Program-made: the position numbers and the translations under genes
Shown: one piece after another, positions 1 through 7,822 of the stretch
Layout of the letters: every line of letters starts with the position of its first letter
Position numbering within the stretch: position 1 is the stretch's first letter
Notes under the pieces: model-generated
What the model saw: only the letters and a program-made list of their open reading frames with translations
Told to the model about the DNA's origin: nothing
Database searches by the model: none
NCBI GenBank assembly: GCA_023421135.1
Contig: JAEZUG010000026.1
Span: 1,155-65,154, forward strand
From: Candidatus Cloacimonadota bacterium
Lineage (GTDB): Bacteria; Cloacimonadota; Cloacimonadia; Cloacimonadales; Cloacimonadaceae
DNA length: 64,000 bases
Direction: 5' to 3'

Positions 1-248
1 AACATCAGATGCATCATCATATTCCCTAAAAGCGAGATCTTTTCCCCCTGCATCGAGTCTACTACCAGGACTCGGTAATCGGCATTGAAGGGATGAAGCA
101 GCACCTGCTGGCGCTGGTGATCGAACTTGATACGTTTCAGGGTGATGCCATCATTCAATCTGACAGCGCAGACATAGCCATCGGTATTGCTCCAGTCATC
201 CTTTCTCTGGATCACCACGATGTCGTTTTTCATGATCTGAGGCTCCAT
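1..248 (-). CDS. mini S24/LexA-like peptidase-domain protein, copy 1 (3' end runs off the window; start ATG 248, alternative in-frame ATG 323)
   Basis: My minus-strand translation is MEPQIMKNDIVVIQRKDDWSNTDGYVCAVRLNDGITLKRIKFDHQRQQVLLHPFNADYRVLVVD... It parallels the lambda CI/LexA C-terminal domain (MEP of the G-x-S-M-x-P motif, LKR general-base Lys, LxPxN). It has the same GAGGAAGG RBS as copy 2. It is absent from the ORF track because the window edge truncates it. Confidence 0.55.
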   Translation of the reverse strand, partial: MEPQIMKNDIVVIQRKDDWSNTDGYVCAVRLNDGITLKRIKFDHQRQQVLLHPFNADYRVLVVDSMQGEKISLLGNMMMHLM

Positions 249-271
249 AATCCTTCCTCGGACATACTTTC
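1..271. repeat. direct repeat, copy 1 of the mini-S24 gene plus RBS/leader (pairs with 2712-2984)
   Basis: Hand alignment of 31-271 against 2743-2984 gives about 23 mismatches in about 241 nt (roughly 90% identity). Similarity continues more weakly to position 1. Confidence 0.8.
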
Positions 272-664
272 TATTAAATGACACCCAAAGTGTCAGACAG
301 CGACCAGTATGACAAATCGGCATAAACCTTTATCCGGTGCAGAGATGCTTAGGACTGCATTCGGAAAGATGTCACAGTGGTTTTGGACTTCTTTGGACTG
401 GTTTGTGACAGCTTTGTGTCAAATCTGGACTGATTTCAGACAGATTTCGGAACTGGCTGAGTCTCAACGAAATAGACCAGTTGGAAAGACTCGCAGTGTG
501 AGTGGATTCGAGTCATTTTAAATTAAATGTCAACTCTGAAATACGTCTTAACCCTCTACTAAAAAATCTTTGGACTCAGGCTCTCAAAAAAATTTATGCA
601 TCAATCTGTCTATTGGGATTATTGCATTTAATCGAAACTCGAATAATTAAATGGGGACATAATC

Positions 665-922
665 TCACCCTTTGTACTCAAGGATACCTATTCTCGCCAT
701 AGCCTGTTTGAATCTCGTTTCATTGAAGTTGTGAATCTCATCCAAGACTGCGCTTCCATTACCGACAACGAAATATATCTCCTTCTTAACTACTTTGTAT
801 GTAACGCTTTCTGGACTGTCGAGATCAAACAATTTAACTTCCTCGGGACATAACATTGTGAAGTCACTAAACTTTGGCTGAAAGATAAGAATCAGTCGTT
901 TGCATGACGTCACAAAAATCAA
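665..922 (-). CDS. hypothetical small protein (85 aa from TTG 922; GTG 913 may be the real start)
   Basis: ORF-track ORF in the low-GC cassette, 7 nt after the stop of the 75-aa ORF. AGGAA lies too close to TTG 922 but about 10 nt from GTG 913. No recognisable motif. Confidence 0.35.
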   Translation of the reverse strand: MIFVTSCKRLILIFQPKFSDFTMLCPEEVKLFDLDSPESVTYKVVKKEIYFVVGNGSAVLDEIHNFNETRFKQAMARIGILEYKG

Positions 923-929
923 ATTCCTG

Positions 930-1157
930 CTATATGAAATTGGGATAGTTTTTTAAGGCAGACTTCACACCTTTAATAATGGACACTATTCCAAAGTGAG
1001 TTCTAGATAGACTCTGTTTTTTTGAAAAGCAATCAAGTAATATTTCGTCACTTTTCATCATATCCATCAACTTAGCCTGAATACTGTTTGAAAAATCTCC
1101 GATGTTTACTCCAATTCCTTTTAACTGCTGCACTAGATAATCACGAGTGACTGACAT
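930..1157 (-). CDS. hypothetical small protein (75 aa)
   Basis: ORF with a perfect AAGGAG RBS about 6 nt upstream of ATG 1157. Low-GC cassette. No recognisable motif. Confidence 0.5.
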   Translation of the reverse strand: MSVTRDYLVQQLKGIGVNIGDFSNSIQAKLMDMMKSDEILLDCFSKKQSLSRTHFGIVSIIKGVKSALKNYPNFI

Positions 1158-1418
1158 AACATCTCCTTTAATAGTATGAATTTACTTGTATCTTTTTTTG
1201 CTCCAAAATATACTATATATGACACTCAAGCCACATAAATTCTATACTCTGATGATCGCTATATGACCTAATACTTTTCTTATGAAATAACAGCCAAACT
1301 ACATAGAGTGATTTATATTCTGAAGCAAGAATTTTGTCAATGATATTATACGCACTTGCAAAACTCGTTAACTCATTACAGATCTTTCCTATCTTAATTT
1401 CAGTAACTATGCTTGCTT

Positions 1419-2696
1419 CTAATGGATGGTTGCATCTAAGCTTATTCCCTTTTGTTCGCATGTAACAACATGGCTTCCATTAGTCAAACGATTGATTTCT
1501 TTAAGTGTAACTTGATCAGGATGACCATAGCGATTCCCGTTTGAGCAAGATGTATAGGCATAATCAGGGCTGTAGTAACTTAGGAACTTGGCATTGTAAC
1601 CAGTATTGCTGCAATGATGGGTGACCTTGTAGTACTTTGTACGTTTGTTAGTTAAGTTGCATTTGCTTCCGAGAAACCCATCAATCTGCTCCCAACCTGC
1701 ATCTCCTGGCAGAAGAAGATGTGATTTCTTAGTAACCACATCCATTATTATTCCATGATGATTTTGGTCTGATGAGTTAGCTTTGTTAGCTAGATTACTT
1801 GCAGCAACCAAGCAAAAACCAAAACCACTTTTTGTTCTGGATTCTGTACCTCTGAGCTCGTAGAGAATGTTTCTGTCACTTGCTTCTCTTAGAAGTTTAA
1901 GAGCAGTCGTAGTCTTACCGACTGGCGTATGGCAGAATATAACAGCATTGGGTTGTAAAGTAGTGATGATTTTTTGAGCACTCATGATATGATCATAGTG
2001 CAAATGTGAGATTATGAATCTCTCAATGAAGAATTCAGGATATTTTAGGTAAAGCCAATCATAAAATTCCGATTCACAAATAGCATTCTTATACTGATTT
2101 GAATGCAGATACGCATCAATAAGCCAGATTCTATTTCCTGGGAATCTAAGAACTATTGTGTCCCCTTGTCCTACGTTCATTACGTGGAGATTAATTTGAG
2201 GATGCTGAAGAAACTCAAGGTCAGATATCAGGTCTGATTCTGGAATCACCTTATTTTTAACTTTATCGATAATTTCCTTGTATTCTTTTTCAACAGCTTT
2301 CTCAATTTTTCTATTACGATTGACTGATGCCAATGTGTCATCATTTAGATACCATATGTTCTGCACTTGGCTATTATGTGAATTAACGTATTCTCTTTTT
2401 AGCCCAGGATGATTCCACTCTACCTGAAAAGCTCTTCCACTGCTTAACAATCCATCATCATCAGAAATGAAACTCGCATGACTGACTAGGTTCTTATCTG
2501 CTAATAAATATCGCACAGGTACTCGAACCTGATCATCGACATTAACTAGTTTGATCCAATAACCACTTTCGCTCAGTTTCTTATCCACTCCTGATTTCTC
2601 ACTTACTGGGAATACATCATCTACTATCCAAGTATCTTGCCAGGATTGAACATCAATGTACTCCATTATAGTCTTAATATAATTACTTACTGCCAT
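1419..2696 (-). CDS. MBL-fold metallo-hydrolase (ComEC/Rec2-related type) with an uncharacterised ~170-aa N-terminal domain
   Basis: 425 aa. Motifs: VMNVGQGDTIVL, ISHLHYDH (HxHxDH, nt 1989-2012), LLPGDAG, KVTHHCS, RYGHPD. GAGGA RBS upstream of ATG 2696. AT-rich codon usage unlike the neighbouring genes. Confidence 0.75.
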   Translation of the reverse strand: MAVSNYIKTIMEYIDVQSWQDTWIVDDVFPVSEKSGVDKKLSESGYWIKLVNVDDQVRVPVRYLLADKNLVSHASFISDDDGLLSSGRAFQVEWNHPGLKREYVNSHNSQVQNIWYLNDDTLASVNRNRKIEKAVEKEYKEIIDKVKNKVIPESDLISDLEFLQHPQINLHVMNVGQGDTIVLRFPGNRIWLIDAYLHSNQYKNAICESEFYDWLYLKYPEFFIERFIISHLHYDHIMSAQKIITTLQPNAVIFCHTPVGKTTTALKLLREASDRNILYELRGTESRTKSGFGFCLVAASNLANKANSSDQNHHGIIMDVVTKKSHLLLPGDAGWEQIDGFLGSKCNLTNKRTKYYKVTHHCSNTGYNAKFLSYYSPDYAYTSCSNGNRYGHPDQVTLKEINRLTNGSHVVTCEQKGISLDATIH

Positions 2697-2706
2697 TTGT
2701 ATATCC

Positions 2707-2961
2707 TCATCCCATCCTCAGCTGCATCACCATCGTCCCTATCAGCGAGATATCTTCTCCCTGCATCGAATCTACTACCTGGACTCGGTAATCAGCATTG
2801 AAGGGATGGAGTAGCACCTGCTGTCTCTGGTGATCGAACTGGATACGTTTGAGGGTGATGCCATCATTCAATCTGACTGCACAAACAGAGCTATCGGTAT
2901 TGCTCCAGTCATCCTTTCTTTGGATAAAAACGATGTCGTTATTCATGATCTGAGGCTCCAT
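2707..2961 (-). CDS. mini S24/LexA-like peptidase-domain protein, copy 2 (84 aa, nucleophile Ser absent)
   Basis: MEPQIMNNDIVFIQ...CAVRLNDGITLKRIQFD...LLHPFNADY...LIGTMV matches the lambda CI/LexA C-terminal fold pattern. The in-frame upstream context is stop-KYIRGRI-MEP, so Ile replaces the catalytic Ser and there is no HTH domain. GAGGAAGG RBS lies directly upstream of the ATG. Confidence 0.6.
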   Translation of the reverse strand: MEPQIMNNDIVFIQRKDDWSNTDSSVCAVRLNDGITLKRIQFDHQRQQVLLHPFNADYRVQVVDSMQGEDISLIGTMVMQLRMG

Positions 2962-2984
2962 AATCCTTCCTCGGATATACTTTC
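2712..2984. repeat. direct repeat, copy 2 of the mini-S24 gene plus RBS/leader (pairs with 1-271)
   Basis: See the hand alignment described for copy 1. Similarity ends about 25 nt upstream of the ATG (CATAATCCTTCCTCGGAYATACTTTC). Confidence 0.8.
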
Positions 2985-3473
2985 AAATCCATTTATTGTA
3001 TTGAACTACATTATCTCAATTGCGTCATTATTTGTCAAGATCAATGCACCCATTTCATTGGGTGATCTTGACTGATCCAGGAAAGATACATCATCTCATC
3101 TTGATTGGTCCCTTGAGACAGGCACAGCGAAGAAAAATCTCTTGCTTCAAAAAATTGATAAAGAGGCAGTTACGTATATGAGGAAAAGATTCCACAGCAA
3201 AGTGTCAACCAACTGACGAAAGTGTCCCCTATATATAAGTAAGGGGTACATTGCAGGAAGTCAGGTTCTGATAATGGCTCAGTGGATCGTTTTTCCAGCG
3301 AGCTGGATTGTCGATAGGGCAACAATGCGTGTATCTTTTAGATTAGCACGGCAATGGTGTAAACCAGGGCTCACACAACATTCTATATCACGGTACTCGC
3401 CACGGAGCGGATTCAGAAGCTGCATTGTAAGTGAAAGAAAATGACGAAGATAAGCTAAGTGTACATAAAAAAC

Positions 3474-3503
3474 TTGACAGTAACTGTAAATTTGTTTTAC
3501 AGT
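3474..3503 (+). promoter_or_regulatory. putative promoter (TTGACA -35, TACAGT -10) overlapped by the inverted repeat ACTGTAAA-N5-TTTACAGT
   Basis: TTGACA at 3474-3479, 18-nt spacer, TACAGT at 3498-3503. Perfect 8-bp arms at 3483-3490 and 3496-3503. AGAGGTGA RBS and ATG 3536 follow. Confidence 0.35.
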
Positions 3504-3535
3504 GCCATGTAAACAGAAGTGCGAAAGAGGTGATT

Positions 3536-6500
3536 ATGCCAGAACGCTTGATGCACAAGATGCATAGTTTTGTTCAGGACAGATTCCCGCTCTCCAAGGT
3601 GATTGGGGTGCTCAGTGACAAGAATAGTAGCCACCTTTTGGAGATCACGGGAAAATCGGGATCGGGGAAGTCTTATTTAATTGCCCCAATGCTGGAGGCT
3701 TTGAAGGATAGCTATAGCAAGATTGAGTACTTCTCGCCCAATCCTCTCCGTTACAATCATTTCAGGGATGTAATCAAGATTCTGACGGATATTGAGGATC
3801 AGAAGCTCGAGGACTTGCTGCTTACTCATCAGAAGGATTACAGCACAGGGAAGAGGTACGATTTTTATTACTATATCACCGAGCAATTGCTGCAGGGCAA
3901 GCACTTTCATCAAATGCTGCTGGTGATCGACGATTGTGATGTGCTGGATCATTATACCAGGGACTTTCTGCAGTATTTGGTGCAATATACTGAGGATCTG
4001 GGAGTGCAGATTGTCGTCTTTTCGCAAAAGCGTCTCTTCAGCTTCTCAATCTTGGAACAAGTGCCTTCTGCCAGCGTGGATGAGATTCAAAAGTTACTCA
4101 CCCAACTCTTTCCCCAAACAGACTTTTCTTATGTAAGCGAGAGTGAGATACTCTGCCGGATCAGCGATGGCAATCTGATGATCATGGAGAGGATTCTCAT
4201 GGAGATGCTGAAAGGGAAAAATAAACCCGTCTTTGATCTCAGTCCCTATTTGGAGCGCTCTTTCAATGCAGTTCAGATCTACCACGAAGCTTTGGAAAAG
4301 CTCAGTAAAAGCCAAACTGAGATACTGATCGGTCTCTTTGCTTTGGATGGTCTGGATGAAGAAGGCTTCAAACAAAGCCTGGGAACCGGCAAGACAGCCG
4401 AGAAAGACCTGAACGCTCTATTGGATCTGGGTTTGGTGAATCTGGTTAACCACAGGTTTGTCATTCAAAAGAAGAATGCCTTTTCTGAATGGCTAAAAAA
4501 CAACCCTGGAGTGCTCTCTTCAGCCCTTTTAGTTAAGATCATCAAGCAACTCAGCAAAGATGATGCTACCGGGCAAGTATTGGCCAGGCTGCATTCTCTG
4601 GTTGGCACTTATCCAGAAGAGCTCTTTTTGGGGCTAATGCACCAGTTGGGACTGATCTGTGATAATGAGAATATGATTGCGCTCTTCGAGTATGCACTCA
4701 AGAATACTAAAGAGCCCGAAGCGATGCTAGAGCTCAACCTGAGAATGGGCAGAGCCTTCTCGGATAACAACGAAAAGGACAAGGCCGTTGATTTCTTCCG
4801 CAAGTGTCTGCATATCTGCAGTGAAAACGATCTCCCGGCCGAAGAAGTGATCTTCCAACTTGCCAGTACCCTTTTTGAGATCAATTCATCTGCCTTTGCT
4901 CTGGAGATCATCAAAAAGTACTCACCTTCCACTATAGATCCCTGGATGAAAGTGAGAATCCGTATGCTGAAAGCTGATATCCTGGTAGAATCTGAGGAGT
5001 ATGAGGAGGCTATCCAAACCATCGAAGCAGTGATGCACTCTCTATCCAGCCTGGAAAACAAACTACACAGGTATCTTGCTCAAGCTGAGGCCAAGAAGAT
5101 CAAAGGTAAGATCCATTACTACGTGAATGAATGGGATCAGGCTGAGATAGCCTTCAAAGATGCAGAAAACATGTATCAACTCGCTGAAGACCAGAAGGGT
5201 CTGGCTGCGATATCAAACAACCTGGGTGTGCTATATATGTTCCAGGGTGATTGGGAGAAGAGCGAATACTGCTTTCTCAGAAGTCTTGCCATCGAAAAAG
5301 AGATTTACAACCTTAATGGCATCTCGGTTTGTTACAACAATCTGGGTGGTTTGATGGACGATAAAGGCGATCAGCTCCGTTCCATCTCTTATCTGGAAGA
5401 AGCACTCAAGATTCAGAAGTTGCTCAATGAGCCCTATAATATCTCAAATATATATAATAACATCGGGATTACCCTGATGGATCAGGGGCAATACGCTCAA
5501 GCCGAGGAAGTGCTGGTTAAATCCCTGGAAACGGCTACGGATTTTAACTTTTTCAGGCATATAGTAGCATCTCTTAATAACCTTGGAGCGCTTCACTTTA
5601 AGAAGGGCAATTGGAATCTCTCAATCAGCTATTACGAGCAGGCCATCAGCAAAAGTCAGGAGAATAGCTTCAATGAAGGCCTGCTGAGATCCTTTAATAA
5701 CCTGGGTGAAGTCTATGAGAAACAAAACGAACTAAACTTGGCTTATGATCTCTATTTCAAGGGGCTGGAGCTCTTGAGCACTGTCTCTGATGATTATATC
5801 AAGGCAGAGCTCTATGGTAATCTGGGCTCTGTGCTTACCAAGCTCCACAAGTTCAAAGAAGCCTATGGCTATCTGGTGGAGAGCTTTGATTTCTTCAAAT
5901 CCCTCAATGCCCGTGATAAGATAATGGAAGGATGCCAGAAGCAGGCTTACTACTTTATACTGACTCATAATCTTGAAAGTGCGGATTACTATCTGAAACA
6001 GGCCATGAAGATGGCTCATGAACAGAATCATCCCTTCGAGATTGGCAGATCTTTCTACCTACGGGCACTACTGGAACGTAAGGATCTGGAATCTGCCAAG
6101 ACAAACCTGGAGGAGTCCATCAAGATGTTTGTGCAGACAGGGAGCAGTTACGAGCTTTCTCTGGCAAACTACGAACTGGCTTCGGTTCTCTTTGAGATGA
6201 AGGAATGGGAACCAGCTCTGCAGATTCTGAAGAATAACCGCAAGATCATCCAGGAGTATGGCTCGATTAAGCTGTTGGAACAGAATGATATACTGTTGCA
6301 GAAGATATCCCGGGAGTATTCTGCTCAGATGCAGGACATCAAGTTTGAAGAAAACCTGCTGAATCAATTCTATGAGATCACGCAGAATCTGAACACTCTC
6401 ACCGATTTAGATGTCCTAATCGAGAATTCTCTTTCCAGCCTGATTGAGCTCTCGGAAGCTGATGGAGGAATGCTCTGCCTGCATGAAAGCAGTACCTTGC

Positions 6501-7822
6501 CGGGTTCCTGGGAGTACAAGCTGTATAAGGGTACTTCTCCGGACGATAAGAATCACAGCATCTTCATGGATCTGTGCCATCAGGTTTACAACAGCAAGAA
6601 GCTGGAAAACTACAAACAACCTCACTTTGCACCTGATTACAACAACATCCTCATCTTGCCTTTATCTATCCGCAAGAACACACTGGGCGTGGTTCTGCTC
6701 TTTAGCACCAGCGGAGCTCATTATTTCTCTGAAAGGATAATCAATCTCCTGAGCGCTCTTACCAATCAGGTGATTGTGATCATAGAAAATATCCGCAGTG
6801 CCAATCTGGAAAAGACCCACGCTGTGATCCGTGAGCAGCTCAATTCCAATAACCTCTATGCCAATATCATCGGCACCAGTCCAGAGATGCAGAAGATCTT
6901 TGAGATCATCGAGAAGGTGAAGGATACGCCCACCTCAGTGCTTTTGGAAGGTCCTAGCGGAACAGGAAAGGAACTCATTGCCAGAGCTCTGCACTTTAGC
7001 AGCAACAGGAGCAATAAGTCTTTTGTCGCCCAGTACTGTGGAGCTTTGCCGGAGACACTGCTGGAAAGCGAACTCTTTGGACATGTGAAGGGTTCGTTCA
7101 CTGGAGCAGCCTATGATAAGAAGGGACTCTTTGAGATAGCCGATGGCGGAACCTTCTTCCTGGATGAGATAGCCGATATCAGCCAAAGCACTCAGGCCAA
7201 GCTTCTGCGCTTCTTACAGGAAGGCGAGATCAAGAGAGTGGGCGCCACCAAGACGGAAAAGGTGAATGTGCGTGTGGTCTGCGCCACGAACGTGTCTCTC
7301 CTGGATAAAGTCAAAGACGGTTCATTCCGGCTGGATCTGTACTACCGACTGAACGTGATCAAGATTGAAGTGCCTCCCCTCAAAACCAGAAAGGGGGACA
7401 TCCCTCTCTTATCAGTTCACTTTCTGGATAAGTATAATAAACGCATCAATAAGTCCGTGGTTGGCATCTCTGATGAAGCCATGAAGATCATGGAAAACTA
7501 TGACTGGCCAGGTAATGTGCGCCAGCTTGAAAATGAAATAGAACGCGCCGTGACTCTGGCGGAGAACAATAGCTTCATCAAGCCCTCAGATTTCTCTGAG
7601 GAAGTGCGGAAGTATATCGAAAACGTGCAGACCATCAAGCTGCTGAATAGCAAGCGATCGCTGAAGGATGCCATTGAAGAATTGGAACGCAAGCTGATAA
7701 CTGAAAGTATGGAACAGAACCAATGGAACCAAACTCAGGCAGCCAAGGAACTGGGTCTCTCCCGGCAAGGCTTGATTAAGAAGCTTAAGAGATATAACCT
7801 ATACAAGGAAGAAGAAGCTTGA
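3536..7822 (+). CDS. giant sigma-54-dependent transcriptional activator: N-terminal P-loop (AAA_16/STAND-like) NTPase + TPR array + GAF + sigma-54 AAA+ domain + Fis-type HTH
   Basis: Walker A GKSGSGKS (3650-3673) and Walker B LLVIDDCD. Repeated xNNLGxxYxxxGxxxxAxxxxxxAL TPR units (about 5040-6250). GAF-like block (about 6370-6800). bEBP core: GPSGTGKE (6950-6973), ESELFGH, GSFTGA (7091-7108), FLDEI, NVRQLEN. C-terminal QAAKELGLSRQGLIKKLKRY. The ORF track starts at GTG 3431, but the RBS and promoter favour ATG 3536. Confidence 0.85.
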   Translation: MPERLMHKMHSFVQDRFPLSKVIGVLSDKNSSHLLEITGKSGSGKSYLIAPMLEALKDSYSKIEYFSPNPLRYNHFRDVIKILTDIEDQKLEDLLLTHQKDYSTGKRYDFYYYITEQLLQGKHFHQMLLVIDDCDVLDHYTRDFLQYLVQYTEDLGVQIVVFSQKRLFSFSILEQVPSASVDEIQKLLTQLFPQTDFSYVSESEILCRISDGNLMIMERILMEMLKGKNKPVFDLSPYLERSFNAVQIYHEALEKLSKSQTEILIGLFALDGLDEEGFKQSLGTGKTAEKDLNALLDLGLVNLVNHRFVIQKKNAFSEWLKNNPGVLSSALLVKIIKQLSKDDATGQVLARLHSLVGTYPEELFLGLMHQLGLICDNENMIALFEYALKNTKEPEAMLELNLRMGRAFSDNNEKDKAVDFFRKCLHICSENDLPAEEVIFQLASTLFEINSSAFALEIIKKYSPSTIDPWMKVRIRMLKADILVESEEYEEAIQTIEAVMHSLSSLENKLHRYLAQAEAKKIKGKIHYYVNEWDQAEIAFKDAENMYQLAEDQKGLAAISNNLGVLYMFQGDWEKSEYCFLRSLAIEKEIYNLNGISVCYNNLGGLMDDKGDQLRSISYLEEALKIQKLLNEPYNISNIYNNIGITLMDQGQYAQAEEVLVKSLETATDFNFFRHIVASLNNLGALHFKKGNWNLSISYYEQAISKSQENSFNEGLLRSFNNLGEVYEKQNELNLAYDLYFKGLELLSTVSDDYIKAELYGNLGSVLTKLHKFKEAYGYLVESFDFFKSLNARDKIMEGCQKQAYYFILTHNLESADYYLKQAMKMAHEQNHPFEIGRSFYLRALLERKDLESAKTNLEESIKMFVQTGSSYELSLANYELASVLFEMKEWEPALQILKNNRKIIQEYGSIKLLEQNDILLQKISREYSAQMQDIKFEENLLNQFYEITQNLNTLTDLDVLIENSLSSLIELSEADGGMLCLHESSTLPGSWEYKLYKGTSPDDKNHSIFMDLCHQVYNSKKLENYKQPHFAPDYNNILILPLSIRKNTLGVVLLFSTSGAHYFSERIINLLSALTNQVIVIIENIRSANLEKTHAVIREQLNSNNLYANIIGTSPEMQKIFEIIEKVKDTPTSVLLEGPSGTGKELIARALHFSSNRSNKSFVAQYCGALPETLLESELFGHVKGSFTGAAYDKKGLFEIADGGTFFLDEIADISQSTQAKLLRFLQEGEIKRVGATKTEKVNVRVVCATNVSLLDKVKDGSFRLDLYYRLNVIKIEVPPLKTRKGDIPLLSVHFLDKYNKRINKSVVGISDEAMKIMENYDWPGNVRQLENEIERAVTLAENNSFIKPSDFSEEVRKYIENVQTIKLLNSKRSLKDAIEELERKLITESMEQNQWNQTQAAKELGLSRQGLIKKLKRYNLYKEEEA

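Noticed and set aside
309-521. 70-aa plus-strand ORF in the region upstream of mini-S24 copy 1.
   Set aside because: It has no RBS and no recognisable motif, and it lies in motif-rich, probably regulatory or decayed DNA.
1213-1461. 82-aa minus-strand ORF between the MBL gene and the 75-aa ORF.
   Set aside because: Its only ATG lies 43 nt inside the MBL gene with no RBS. It may still hide a small gene with a non-canonical start, but I cannot support it.
3270-3345. tRNA-like string GGCTCAGTGGATCG, and the palindrome TCCAGCGAGCTGGA (3294-3307).
   Set aside because: I could not build a cloverleaf, T-arm or acceptor pairing. The palindrome is real but isolated, so its significance cannot be judged.
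3483-3503. Calling the palindrome a canonical LexA SOS box.
   Set aside because: CTGT and ACAG are separated by 11 nt, not 8, and I found no similar site upstream of uvrA or the other repair genes in this window. It is kept only as a generic operator candidate.
3431-3535. N-terminal 35-codon extension of the giant regulator from GTG 3431, as in the ORF track.
   Set aside because: The extension contains a TTGACA/-10-like promoter and a perfect palindrome, and ATG 3536 has a well-spaced AGAGGTGA RBS. I therefore call the start at 3536. This is unproven.
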